Virus record (IMG/VR): IMGVR_UViG_3300032227_000993
Direction: 5' to 3' (one strand)
DNA length: 64,000 bases
Origin: a virus
Taxonomy: Duplodnaviria; Caudoviricetes
How positions within the stretch are numbered: the stretch's first letter is position 1; every line of letters starts with the position of its first letter. Shown here piece after piece: positions 9,048 through 18,662 of this stretch. Position numbers and translations under genes: made by a program. The notes under the pieces are model-generated. The model did no database searches. It saw nothing but the letters and a program-made list of their open reading frames with translations, and was not told the origin of the DNA.

Positions 9048-9472
9048 CCACTTCGGTCAATGCTGTAGGTGTATGGTTTTACAGTCAGGCTACCAAACGC
9101 TATCTTTACCTCATGCGAGATGATTCCAAGCATCCTGACTCTTGGGGCCTGCCTGGCGGCAAAATGGAAGCAGGTGAATCACTGATGGCGGCCATGGTGC
9201 GCGAGTGTGAAGAAGAAATTGGTGCCATGCCCATGTACGTAAAACTGATTCCCTTGGAAAAGTTCACGTCAGCTGACAATAAATTTACGTATCACACTTT
9301 TTTCTGCGTGGTCAATAGTGAATTTATTCCTCGATTGAACAATGAGCACCTGGGCTATGCTTGGATCACACATGGTACCAATCCCAAACCCATGCATCCT
9401 GGCCTATGGAGTACTGTGAATTTTTCAGCTGTAAAAAACAAAGTTGAGATAATACAAGAGTCTCTGGGCTAA
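9029..9472 (+). CDS. Nudix hydrolase
   Basis: Nudix box GGKMEAGESLMAAMVRECEEEIG; start probably ATG 9029, overlapping the gp15 end. Confidence 0.85.
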   Translation: MGSNHLTTSVNAVGVWFYSQATKRYLYLMRDDSKHPDSWGLPGGKMEAGESLMAAMVRECEEEIGAMPMYVKLIPLEKFTSADNKFTYHTFFCVVNSEFIPRLNNEHLGYAWITHGTNPKPMHPGLWSTVNFSAVKNKVEIIQESLG

Positions 9473-10134
9473 CGAACGTCGCAGTAAGTGACAAAATCTC
9501 TGTAGGTAAAAACTCTGGTGTTGGGACAATCCAACCAGGATTCAAATAAATTTTCTTCGCGACCAATCAGGGTAAACACAGTTTCAGAGTAGGATCTGAT
9601 AATTTTGGCAACATCTTCAGCCCAGGACATGGTGTCTGGCGGTGTTTCTTTATTGTACCCCAGCATAAAAATTTCTTTGTGTCCGTCAAACGCAGCAAGA
9701 TACAAGGGTAGTGCTGTTGTGCACACGTGTGGTGATTGTGGAATCAAATAAAATTCGCCGGACATTTTGATACAGTTGCGTGTGGTGGTGTAAACAATAT
9801 TTTGTTCGGAGTAGCCAGATTCAACCAAGGGCGTTAGATTATCAAGGTTGGTGTCTACAGCAAAATCAAGACGCATTTCTTGGGCTATGGCCGCGGTGCC
9901 ATAGGTTTGCAATTTTAAACTGCTGAGTAAGCCGCCTTTGTGACGCTGGAGTCTTGGGTAATCAAATGTGTTTTTGTCTACACCGCTGCCAATGCAGGCA
10001 GCACGACCAGACAGGTGTTGATTGGTAATGGGATTATCAATCCACTCACGCTGTTCAACTTTTTTACCGTTGGTAAATTTTGTTTCAAGTATGACAAATT
10101 CGCCTGGGTAGTCTGATCTGTAGTGTGCTTGCAT
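9469..10134 (-). CDS. Hypothetical protein (loose resemblance to DUF115/Maf-type folds)
   Basis: RAACIGSG and LAAFDGHKEIFMLG motifs; start revised to ATG 10134. Confidence 0.5.
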   Translation of the reverse strand: MQAHYRSDYPGEFVILETKFTNGKKVEQREWIDNPITNQHLSGRAACIGSGVDKNTFDYPRLQRHKGGLLSSLKLQTYGTAAIAQEMRLDFAVDTNLDNLTPLVESGYSEQNIVYTTTRNCIKMSGEFYLIPQSPHVCTTALPLYLAAFDGHKEIFMLGYNKETPPDTMSWAEDVAKIIRSYSETVFTLIGREENLFESWLDCPNTRVFTYRDFVTYCDVR

Positions 10135-10136
10135 GA

Positions 10137-10493
10137 TTAGACTGTGATTTCTACCCAACTAGTTGTTGCTTCATCCCAACGATATGATTTACCGTCTGTT
10201 GGATATGGAGTAGGTGCTTCCCAAGTCCAGGTAGATTGATTTAATATCCAACTTGCGTAGGGTTGCGGAGCGTAAAATACGTCGTTCACTTGGTCGTATG
10301 TGTAACCAATTCCTGCGTAGTTTCCGCGTAGTGCTATACCGCCATCTGGTAATCCATCTGGTCCGTAATGTACATTACCACGGGTGTTGTAACTTGTTTG
10401 AATCCACTCACCCGGGGTGGTATCTACGAATTCAGCTTCAGCGGCAATAACCTCAGTTACCGTACTGTTTGCTACTTTTGCGTAATATGACAT
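10137..10493 (-). CDS. Small tail-fibre-associated protein
   Basis: WIQTSYN, LRGNYAGIGYTYD...D.FYAPQPY.SW.L....W.WEAP.PYP.DG..Y.WDE motifs; follows the Gly-rich fibre genes. Confidence 0.7.
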   Translation of the reverse strand: MSYYAKVANSTVTEVIAAEAEFVDTTPGEWIQTSYNTRGNVHYGPDGLPDGGIALRGNYAGIGYTYDQVNDVFYAPQPYASWILNQSTWTWEAPTPYPTDGKSYRWDEATTSWVEITV

Positions 10494-10528
10494 TGTTGTT
10501 TCCTTTGATCGTATTTTGTATTTACTAT

Positions 10529-11497
10529 TTAAGCGGTGTAAGTACCTGAATCAGTAAATTTGATAATTGTGTTTGCACCTGATTGAGTGATAGTTGGTGA
10601 TCCTGTTGTAATTCCAGAGTAATTTGCTGTTGGCACAGATAATATAACTACTCCTTTTCCACCTGACCACCCACTAGCTTTACCTGCGCCGTTACCAGTA
10701 TTAGGTGTGCCTGTATTTGCATTGGTTGATCCACCTGCAGCATAAATTACAGCATTTCCTGTAATACTGTTAGATCTTCCAGCGCCTCCAGCCGCACCAC
10801 TGCTGCCGGCGCCACCACCATTACCGGCACTTACACCGCCTTGACCAGCTGTGCCATATCCTATACCATTAGTAGTATTTCCTTGAGTTGTTCCGCCTCC
10901 CGAGCCAAAAGTAGTTCCATTCCACCCACTGCCGCCTCCTGAACCACCGGCGGCACCATTTAAGTTAGAATTTCCTGATCCTCGTCCACCGCCTTGTGCT
11001 GTATCTACTCCAAATGATGAATTGGTTCCGGATGATCCATCTCCAATAACCTGATATCCTGAACCAGCTCCGCCGCCGCCAACTGTAGCTGTATATTGTA
11101 CTCCTTTAGTCAATGTTACTGAAGCAATTTCAACCATTCCGCCTGCTCCGCCGCCACCAGCATTTTCACCATAACCAGATCCACCGCCGCCGGCAACTAC
11201 CAAGGCACTAATACTGTATGATGTAGCTGCAGATTTTATCGAAACCCAAGCACCGCCAATATAACCTTCCAACGCAGGAATGGAGGTATTGTATCGTAGT
11301 GCTCCATTTGTAGGACTAGCCGGGCGTTGTGCAGTGTTTCCGACTGGAACCGTAATAGCTCCTGTGCTGTTGCATGTAATATTTTGACTAGAGTCAATAG
11401 TCAGCGCGGCATTGCCATTAGTTTGTAGTTGTAATACTCCAGATGTATCTGAAGTTTCTATTAATCCTGATACGGATGCGTTTATTGTAGTTGTCAT
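10529..11497 (-). CDS. Glycine-rich tail fibre/appendage protein
   Basis: Shared N-terminal adapter, PVGNTAQRP motif, VVAGGGG Gly-rich domain; ATGA overlap with the upstream gene. Confidence 0.75.
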   Translation of the reverse strand: MTTTINASVSGLIETSDTSGVLQLQTNGNAALTIDSSQNITCNSTGAITVPVGNTAQRPASPTNGALRYNTSIPALEGYIGGAWVSIKSAATSYSISALVVAGGGGSGYGENAGGGGAGGMVEIASVTLTKGVQYTATVGGGGAGSGYQVIGDGSSGTNSSFGVDTAQGGGRGSGNSNLNGAAGGSGGGSGWNGTTFGSGGGTTQGNTTNGIGYGTAGQGGVSAGNGGGAGSSGAAGGAGRSNSITGNAVIYAAGGSTNANTGTPNTGNGAGKASGWSGGKGVVILSVPTANYSGITTGSPTITQSGANTIIKFTDSGTYTA

Positions 11498-11778
11498 GGT
11501 AATGTAATCCAAGTATTAGTAATATAAATTTCCATGTAGGAAAGTGTAGTGTTGTAGCGTAGCATCCCGCTAACTGGCGATGCTGGGCGTTGTGCTGTAT
11601 TACCAACTGGAATTGTAAATGATCCAGTAGAATTTGCTGTGATATTTTGTGCGGTATTTATAGTTAGCGCAGTTGTGCCGTTAGTTTGTAAGGCAAGATT
11701 ACCTGTAGCATCGGCGGTTTTGACGATGGCTGTTGGTAGTAATACTGTGCCTGGTTGTGCGTTGATTGTAGATGGCAT
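11494..11778 (-). CDS. 94-aa stand-alone copy of the fibre N-terminal module
   Basis: Aligns by eye with about the first 90 aa of the 10529..11497 protein. Confidence 0.7.
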   Translation of the reverse strand: MPSTINAQPGTVLLPTAIVKTADATGNLALQTNGTTALTINTAQNITANSTGSFTIPVGNTAQRPASPVSGMLRYNTTLSYMEIYITNTWITLP

Positions 11779-13049
11779 TATGCTGTGTAACTCCCCGAAT
11801 CGTTAAATGTAATAATGGTATTTGCACCCGATGGAGTGACCGTTGGATTTCCTGTTACAGTTCCAGAGTAACTTGCTGTTGGTACAGAAATAACAACTAC
11901 TCCTTTTCCGCCTGCTCCACCATAGTAAATGTTTCCATCACCCGAAGCTCCGCCGCCACCGCCACCGCCACGATTTGTACCACCAGGGCCGCCATTTGAA
12001 CCTGTAGCGCCACCATTGCCACCGCCCCCTGAACCTCCACCAGCAGAAACACCTCCCTGTGGAGTATAAGCTGAGCCACCACCGCCTCCAGCATAAGTTA
12101 TGCCAGTAATGCTAGACACTGCACCGGCACCACCTGCACCAGCAGTACTTCCGCTGTAATTGCCGCCAGCACCTCCGGCACCACCACCACCACCGTTTGG
12201 ATATGGAGGCCCAGCAAGACCGCCGGCGCCGCCTTGGTTTCCTTGTCCTGCTGTTCCAGCAGCATTAGACGCAGAGAATGAACCCGCACCGCCTCCAGAA
12301 CCTCCAGAATTGCCGCCACCGTTGTTGCCGCCACCGCCGCCACCTACGGCTGTAGTTAATCCAGTGATGGAAGAAGGGTTTCCGTTTGAACCGTTATTGC
12401 CTGCTGTACCACTAGCACCGCCACCACCAACTGTTACTGTGTACTGTGTGCCACGAGTCAACGTGGTTGAACCCGTCACCATGCCACCAGCTCCACCACC
12501 AGCTCCACCTGCGTTAAATCCGCCAAGCGGTGTTCCACCTCCGCCACCACCAGCTACTATTAAATAACTTGCAGAATAAGTATTGGCAACAACTGTGCCA
12601 GTAGAATTAGAATTTGTTGTGTTACTACCAACAGCATTAGTAGCTGTGACACGGCAATTAATGGTTGATCCAATATCTCCCGCAACACAAGTGTAAGTGT
12701 TAGCGTTAGTACCTATGTTAGTAACACCGTTGCGTTGCCATTGATATGAATAGCCGGTTGGTGAGTTTGACCATGTGCCGGTTGATACTGTCAAGACTTG
12801 TGTATCTCTTGCTGTGCCAGTAACAGCTGGAGCAACAGAGTTAATTGGATAAAACCCTGTGGCTGCAGAAACTGTTGTGCCGTTAACCAATAATCCAGTG
12901 GTGCCATTGACTTGTGTACCAGGTTGTACTGTCAACACGTTGGCTGTGTATGTTATGCCAGGTGACAAATAAGTGGTTATTTGACTGAGTGGCAAATTTG
13001 TGGAATCTGGGAAAGTTATACCGGAAATTGATCCAACTGTGGTAGGCAT
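11778..13049 (-). CDS. Glycine-rich tail appendage protein with an Ig-like segment
   Basis: APAVTGT...LTVSTGTWSNSPTGYSYQWQRNG Ig-like motif; C-terminus paralogous to that of the 10529 protein. Confidence 0.75.
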   Translation of the reverse strand: MPTTVGSISGITFPDSTNLPLSQITTYLSPGITYTANVLTVQPGTQVNGTTGLLVNGTTVSAATGFYPINSVAPAVTGTARDTQVLTVSTGTWSNSPTGYSYQWQRNGVTNIGTNANTYTCVAGDIGSTINCRVTATNAVGSNTTNSNSTGTVVANTYSASYLIVAGGGGGGTPLGGFNAGGAGGGAGGMVTGSTTLTRGTQYTVTVGGGGASGTAGNNGSNGNPSSITGLTTAVGGGGGGNNGGGNSGGSGGGAGSFSASNAAGTAGQGNQGGAGGLAGPPYPNGGGGGAGGAGGNYSGSTAGAGGAGAVSSITGITYAGGGGGSAYTPQGGVSAGGGSGGGGNGGATGSNGGPGGTNRGGGGGGGASGDGNIYYGGAGGKGVVVISVPTASYSGTVTGNPTVTPSGANTIITFNDSGSYTA

Positions 13050-13052
13050 TTT

Positions 13053-13226
13053 TTATCCTTGAGCCGGTGGAAGTGGACTATTGCCAGCCGCTAACCACGC
13101 TTGATATTGTTGCCAGTCTGTGTTTGCTTCGTCGTTTGGGATAATAGCATTATCGGGCAACCGAATAATTATAGAATCGTTAATTGTACCGTCAATATTT
13201 TTTATTTGCTGATAGTTATATTCCAT
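13053..13226 (-). CDS. 57-aa tail fibre assembly-type small protein (not in the ORF track)
   Basis: MEYNYQQIKNIDGTINDSIIIRLPDNAIIPNDEANTDWQQYQAWLAAGNSPLPPAQG; shares R..DNA.IP....NTD with the 14446..14658 protein. Confidence 0.75.
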   Translation of the reverse strand: MEYNYQQIKNIDGTINDSIIIRLPDNAIIPNDEANTDWQQYQAWLAAGNSPLPPAQG

Positions 13227-13229
13227 TTA

Positions 13230-14435
13230 TTATAACTCCGCTGATACAGTAAACATATAAGAAATTCCATAATATGCAACAGCATACATTCTTACATAAA
13301 CACGAGCTGATGTCGCATTTTGAGTATTGGTATTTACGTTTTGTGTTTGTTCCGACCCGGCTCCTAAGCCTGTTACTTTTCCAGAATTTCCAGCAACATC
13401 AAAAAGTACTAAAGTTGGGCTGGTTCTCATAACAACTGCCAATGGAAAAACACTACTTGCAATACTTCCGGTAGGAGCAACTCCCCAACTTTGTTGAATT
13501 GCATTTTCATTATTTACTGCTGTCCCAGGAACAATAGCATACTCGTATGATTTTTGATAATAACGCTGACACAATATCAACTCACGACCATAGTCACGGA
13601 AATCAAAACTTGTTGCTTGTGTGCCAACTTCAAATTGTACGCCGGTTATGTAAAATGTTGCGCCGTTTGTACCAACTACACTGACTGCGCCTGTAGTTGA
13701 GAAAAAGTTTCCAGCAACCCAGGCTCCTGCAGTCCCACTATAGGTTGAGCCAACACCTAATCCAAAGTAAACCCAAATACCGCCGGTGTTATCTGTAGCC
13801 CAAGTTCCTGTTGTATCTCCGGTAATTGTTATGGTTTCGTATTCCCAGGTGTTTGCGGAATTAATTGTATAGCTAAATGGGTAGGAACGATTTCCTGCTG
13901 CATTTCTTAATGAGCCGCCAAATGTTCCAGTTAACGAACTACGCACCCAAAAAGACAAAGTAATTGTTTTTGCACTGGCTGTGCCCCAAGCTAAATCAGC
14001 AACATTGTTACCTTCGATAACTTGATACATTGGATAAAAATCGCCGGCGGCTACTGTATAGGCAGATTGGGACGTCACTCCTAAGTATTTTGTAAATCCC
14101 GTTGGCGGTGTTACTGAACCAGCGTTTTGTTGAGCGATTAATTTTCCAGGTGTTGTTTGCTGAACAGCCCATCTATCAACGGTGTAACCGCTAATAGTAT
14201 TTGCAGTTGCGGTGCCGGCATAGCGTTGGTCAATCGTCATTCCGCCGTTAATAATACGATTCTCAAATCCAAATGTATTGACAGCACTAACTGAACCAAC
14301 AAAATTAGCATTTTGACTAGTGCTTATTGTTAATGCTGTGGTTGTGCCGTTGGTTTGGAATACCAAGTTACCTGTGGTATCCGATGTACTTACAAATCCG
14401 GTTGTTAGTGTGTTGCCTGCTGATATTGTGCTCAT
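13230..14435 (-). CDS. Tail fibre/receptor-binding protein, paralog 1
   Basis: FENRIINGGMTIDQR, TLSFWVRSS, ITGVQFEVG.QAT.FDFR.YG.EL.LCQRY motifs. Confidence 0.8.
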   Translation of the reverse strand: MSTISAGNTLTTGFVSTSDTTGNLVFQTNGTTTALTISTSQNANFVGSVSAVNTFGFENRIINGGMTIDQRYAGTATANTISGYTVDRWAVQQTTPGKLIAQQNAGSVTPPTGFTKYLGVTSQSAYTVAAGDFYPMYQVIEGNNVADLAWGTASAKTITLSFWVRSSLTGTFGGSLRNAAGNRSYPFSYTINSANTWEYETITITGDTTGTWATDNTGGIWVYFGLGVGSTYSGTAGAWVAGNFFSTTGAVSVVGTNGATFYITGVQFEVGTQATSFDFRDYGRELILCQRYYQKSYEYAIVPGTAVNNENAIQQSWGVAPTGSIASSVFPLAVVMRTSPTLVLFDVAGNSGKVTGLGAGSEQTQNVNTNTQNATSARVYVRMYAVAYYGISYMFTVSAEL

Positions 14436-14445
14436 AATCTATTTC

Positions 14446-14658
14446 CTATGGCAAAGTAGCAACATAGGCTTTTGCTTCCTCTGGTGACATTAAAATTCCG
14501 TCAGCAGTTTCTAGTGTGGCCGTTTCATTGTTTATTTGTGATTTAAATAACTCATAATCTGTATTTGAAGGAACAAAAGGAATGGCTGCATTATCTTCAA
14601 TTCTTAAAACCGAAGTACAATCTATTTTTGGTAGCAATGGGGCAATTAATTTATACAT
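14446..14658 (-). CDS. Small tail fibre assembly-type protein
   Basis: LRIEDNAAIPFVPSNTDY; same position relative to its fibre gene as 13053..13226. Confidence 0.7.
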   Translation of the reverse strand: MYKLIAPLLPKIDCTSVLRIEDNAAIPFVPSNTDYELFKSQINNETATLETADGILMSPEEAKAYVATLP

Positions 14659-15810
14659 TTATAACTCCGCACTTAATGTAAGAGCAACATACGCTGTGCC
14701 ATTTGCGTTTGTTCTAAGTCCAGACCCAGTAAACTGTAATCCTACTCCGTAGTAAGATGGGCCAGAACGAACCGTTGGAGCTACAGCATGATGCCCTTCT
14801 GCTCCTCCAGATAAAATAGTTACAGTTGGAGTGGTTCTCATTTGGTATGTCCAGGCTAATCCACCTGAATTTAAACTTGTATACGCAGCATCATATCCTT
14901 GAGTAAAGTAATATGTATTACTACCAACAAAATATCTCTGACACAATTCAAGCTCAGTTCCATAGCTACGGAAATCAAAGTTTGTTGCTTGTGAGCCAAC
15001 TTCAAACTGTACACCAGTAATATACCAAGTAGCTCCGTTTGTGCCAACTACACTTGTAGCGCCTGTAGCTGAAAGATAACTAGCGCCAACCCATGTGCCA
15101 GCGGTTGAAGAATATGTTGCTCCGGCACCCAAAGAAAATTCTACTTTAGCGCCAGTACCGTTAGTTGCGCCAAGCCAAGTTCCACTTGTTGGGCCAATAA
15201 CAGTAATTGATTTTTGTTCCCATGTATTTGCGGCAGAAATTGAATAGTTAAATGGATAAGAATAATTAAAAGCAGAATTATAAAAACTACCGCCAAAAGT
15301 TCCTGTTAGAGAACTGCGAACCCAGAATGATAAAGTAGCTGTTTTAGCATTGGCTGTTCCCCAAGCCAAATCTGCCCAGTTGAATCCTTCAATACCTTGT
15401 GCCACTCCAAAATAATCACTGGCACTAACAGAATAGGCTGATAAAGAAGTTATACCTAAATAGTTGGAAAACCCTACTGGCGGTGTTACCGAGCCAGCGT
15501 TTTGTTGTATAGAAAATTTAGAAGCTGCAGTTAGTAAACTTTGCCATCTGTCTAATGTATAAGCACCTTGTGTTGGGGTTACACTAGCCCCAGCGTTACG
15601 TTGGTCGATAGTCATTCCGCCGTTAATAATACGATTCTCAAAACCAAATGTGTTAAGCGCACTGACTGATCCAACAACATTGGCGTTTTGACCTGTTGTC
15701 AATGTTAATGCTGTAGTTGTGCCGTTGGTTTGGAATACCAAGTTACCTGTGGTATCTGAGGTGCTTACAAATCCTGTAGTAAGAGTATTTCCAGCGGCTA
15801 TTGTGCTCAT
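14659..15810 (-). CDS. Tail fibre/receptor-binding protein, paralog 2
   Basis: N-terminus nearly identical to the 13230..14435 protein; divergent tip. Confidence 0.8.
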   Translation of the reverse strand: MSTIAAGNTLTTGFVSTSDTTGNLVFQTNGTTTALTLTTGQNANVVGSVSALNTFGFENRIINGGMTIDQRNAGASVTPTQGAYTLDRWQSLLTAASKFSIQQNAGSVTPPVGFSNYLGITSLSAYSVSASDYFGVAQGIEGFNWADLAWGTANAKTATLSFWVRSSLTGTFGGSFYNSAFNYSYPFNYSISAANTWEQKSITVIGPTSGTWLGATNGTGAKVEFSLGAGATYSSTAGTWVGASYLSATGATSVVGTNGATWYITGVQFEVGSQATNFDFRSYGTELELCQRYFVGSNTYYFTQGYDAAYTSLNSGGLAWTYQMRTTPTVTILSGGAEGHHAVAPTVRSGPSYYGVGLQFTGSGLRTNANGTAYVALTLSAEL

Positions 15811-16986
15811 TTATAGTATTATCCATCGTTGTCCTGCGGCCACGCTGACTTGTACGTTGTTGGCGTATGTCATTGGTCCTACTGATAAGCCGTTTTGACC
15901 TGCGGCTATTGTGAGATTAGCTGAAATTGTTGTTGTAGTAATGGTAACTGAATTATTACCTGAAGCTACGCCAGTTAATTGGCTACCATTACCAATAATG
16001 TAATTGCCAGTAACATTACCGGTGGCACTTACTATACCCACGGTACGAACGTTGCCACCTTGTACATTGCCAGTGATGCTTACATTGGCACCTGTGTTGA
16101 CATTACCTGAGCCGTTGGGTGTGAGTACAATGTTGGCATTTGAGGCTGAGGTTTGTATGTCAAGTTGTGCTGAATCAACAATCGCGCCACTGATAATTAA
16201 ATTTCCAGCAGTAACGTTACCAGTGACACTAACACTGGTTCCTGTTATGACTCCGCCTACTACACTGGCGGCAGTAACAGCACCTGTAGCACTAATTAAA
16301 CCAGCTGTTCTTAAATTTCCACCCTGAACGTTGCCAGTGACACTTACCAAGCCGGTGACATATTCGCCTGTGGTTGCCCATACTGCCACGTTGGCGGTTC
16401 CTCCAACGCTGGCTGTAATATTACCACCTGAGCTGACTACTGTTACGTTACTTGTGCCGTTATTAATGTTACTTGATGTAGTACTAACCCCGGTTAATAA
16501 TGCTCCGTTACCTAAAATATAATTACCGGTTACGTTACCTGTGGCTGAAACATACCCTACTGACGTCACATTGCCGCCAGACATATTACCAGTAACACTC
16601 ATATTACCAGTTGTTGTTGAATTACCTGTTGCGTTTGCAGTAACTACCGTATTGCCGCCAACTACCAAACTATTAGCATTAGCAGATAGTGTTGTGCCAC
16701 CTAAATAAATTGTATTTGCGCTAACATATACACTTGCCCATAATGCTGTTGGCGAACCTAAATTATATACGCCGTTAGCGGATGGTAAAAGATTACCAAC
16801 TACTAAATTACCTGTAGCACTAATAGTAGTTGCTGTAATATTATTTGTTGCTGCGATATTATTGGCACTGACGTTGGCGCCGGTATTGGTCAACACAGTC
16901 CATGCCGTAAGTGTAGTGCTGTAGATGTAAATTACACCATTGACATTGGCCTGTTGACCATTGGTTGGGTTGGTTGGAAATGCCAT
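15811..16986 (-). CDS. Gly/Asn/Thr-rich tail fibre protein
   Basis: AFPTNPTNGQ N-terminus, TGNV repeats, a module shared with 16986..21476. Confidence 0.75.
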   Translation of the reverse strand: MAFPTNPTNGQQANVNGVIYIYSTTLTAWTVLTNTGANVSANNIAATNNITATTISATGNLVVGNLLPSANGVYNLGSPTALWASVYVSANTIYLGGTTLSANANSLVVGGNTVVTANATGNSTTTGNMSVTGNMSGGNVTSVGYVSATGNVTGNYILGNGALLTGVSTTSSNINNGTSNVTVVSSGGNITASVGGTANVAVWATTGEYVTGLVSVTGNVQGGNLRTAGLISATGAVTAASVVGGVITGTSVSVTGNVTAGNLIISGAIVDSAQLDIQTSASNANIVLTPNGSGNVNTGANVSITGNVQGGNVRTVGIVSATGNVTGNYIIGNGSQLTGVASGNNSVTITTTTISANLTIAAGQNGLSVGPMTYANNVQVSVAAGQRWIIL

Positions 16987-18662
16987 TATGTTCTCCCTAC
17001 TGCTACTTCAATGACACCAGATTCTGTGCTGTCATAATTTTCTAAGGCTTTGCCAATGATACAACTTGGTTGGTATTTCAACATATCTAAAGCCTGGGCT
17101 ACTCCTGGAATATCGCTGGCCACCAATCTATCACCTTTGTTAATTTTACCAACAACTTTGCAAGGAACTCGTCCAACCAAGGCCACTACAACAGCATTAG
17201 TGCAATCAAGCGTGGCGTTCATCAGGTAGGAAGGATTTGTACTTACAATACCTGCTACAGCTGGCGAGTGACTTGTGGTTGTTACGGTCACTTCTTCAAC
17301 ACCGCCAAATTCTACTACTGTGCCTGGCTCATAGTCTTCGTCGGCGCAGTACATTTCAGCCAAGTCAGCATATTGAGCACTAGTTGCCTTGGCAAACACA
17401 GTATTGAAGTAATTGGTTGAACTACCAATGTTGCCGGCCACATTGCCCAGAGTGACGATGTTGCCCACAGTGATTGTGCCATTGGCCACACTTAAATTAC
17501 CGCCGGCAATGTTACCAGTGGCACTGATCAAACCAACTGTACGTATATTGCCACCTTGTACATTGCCAGTGATGCTGACATTGGCGCCGGTGTTGACATT
17601 ACCTGAGCCATTTGGAGTTAACACAATGTTGGCATTGGCAGCTGAGGTTTGAATATCAAGTTGTGCTGAGTCAACAATCGCGCCACTGATAAGTAGGTTT
17701 CCAGCGGTGACGTTGCCAGTACCAACTGTGGCACTTCCACCTGTAATGGCACCAGTAGCACTTACTAATCCTACAGTTGTAATATTGCCAGCTTGTACAT
17801 TACCAACAACACTTACTGTACCGCTTGTATCTATGCGTAGTCTTTCGCTACCACCTGTGGCCATTGTTATTGGGGTGTATGTTCCAGTTCCTGTAATAGC
17901 TGCAATTAAAGCGGATGCACTAGCATTTTGATAAATGGAAAATGTACCTGAATTTGTAGGGTCCGTAGCACCATAAGCAGTAAATATTGAACCAGCACCA
18001 GAACCATTTGGTATTGCCGAAATTCTAGTTATGCCGTTTGCAGTGCTGGATTGAAACATCACACGACTAGCAACAGTAGCATTACTAAAATCACCAGTAA
18101 TACGATTACTAGTACCAGTAAAGACTAAGTTGCCGCCCGTTTGAATATTTCCACCTATTACATTACCAGTAACACTAGCAAAACCAGCTGTACTAATATT
18201 ACCATAAGTTAATGTACCAGTTACACCTAAGTTGCCGCCAATGGTGGCGTTGCCTGTGACAGCCAATGTGGTAAAGCTGGTTGGGAAACTTTGATCTACC
18301 CAGATGTTGCTGGTGCCATCATTGGTGTATTGGTACTTGACTCCAGAAAAACTGTCGTACCAGAAGCTACCTGGATTGACTCCTGTGGGTGCTGTATTGG
18401 CCTGTGTGGTCCACGATAGGCTGCCACTGACTGTGATGCCAGTTAATGCGCTACCATTACCAATAAAATAGTTACCTGTTACGTTGCCGGTTGCGCTAAT
18501 TAAACCAACTGTACGAACGTTGCCACTTTGTACGTTGCCAGTTACGCTGACATTGGCTGGAGTATTGACATTACCTGAGCCATTTGGAGTTAACACAATG
18601 TTGGCATTGGCAGCTGATGTTTGTATGTCAAGTTGTGCTGAGTCAATGATCGCACCACTCAA
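16020..18662. repeat. Three copies of a ~175-nt module across two fibre genes (about 16020-16195, 17518-17690, 18488-18662)
   Basis: Encodes SGAI(V/I)DSAQLDIQTSA.NANIVLTPNGSGNVNT.ANVS.TGNVQ.GN.RTVG. Confidence 0.85.

Noticed and set aside
13230-15810. Possible diversity-generating retroelement template/variable repeat pair
   Set aside because: There is no reverse transcriptase in the window, and the differences between paralogs are not adenine-specific.
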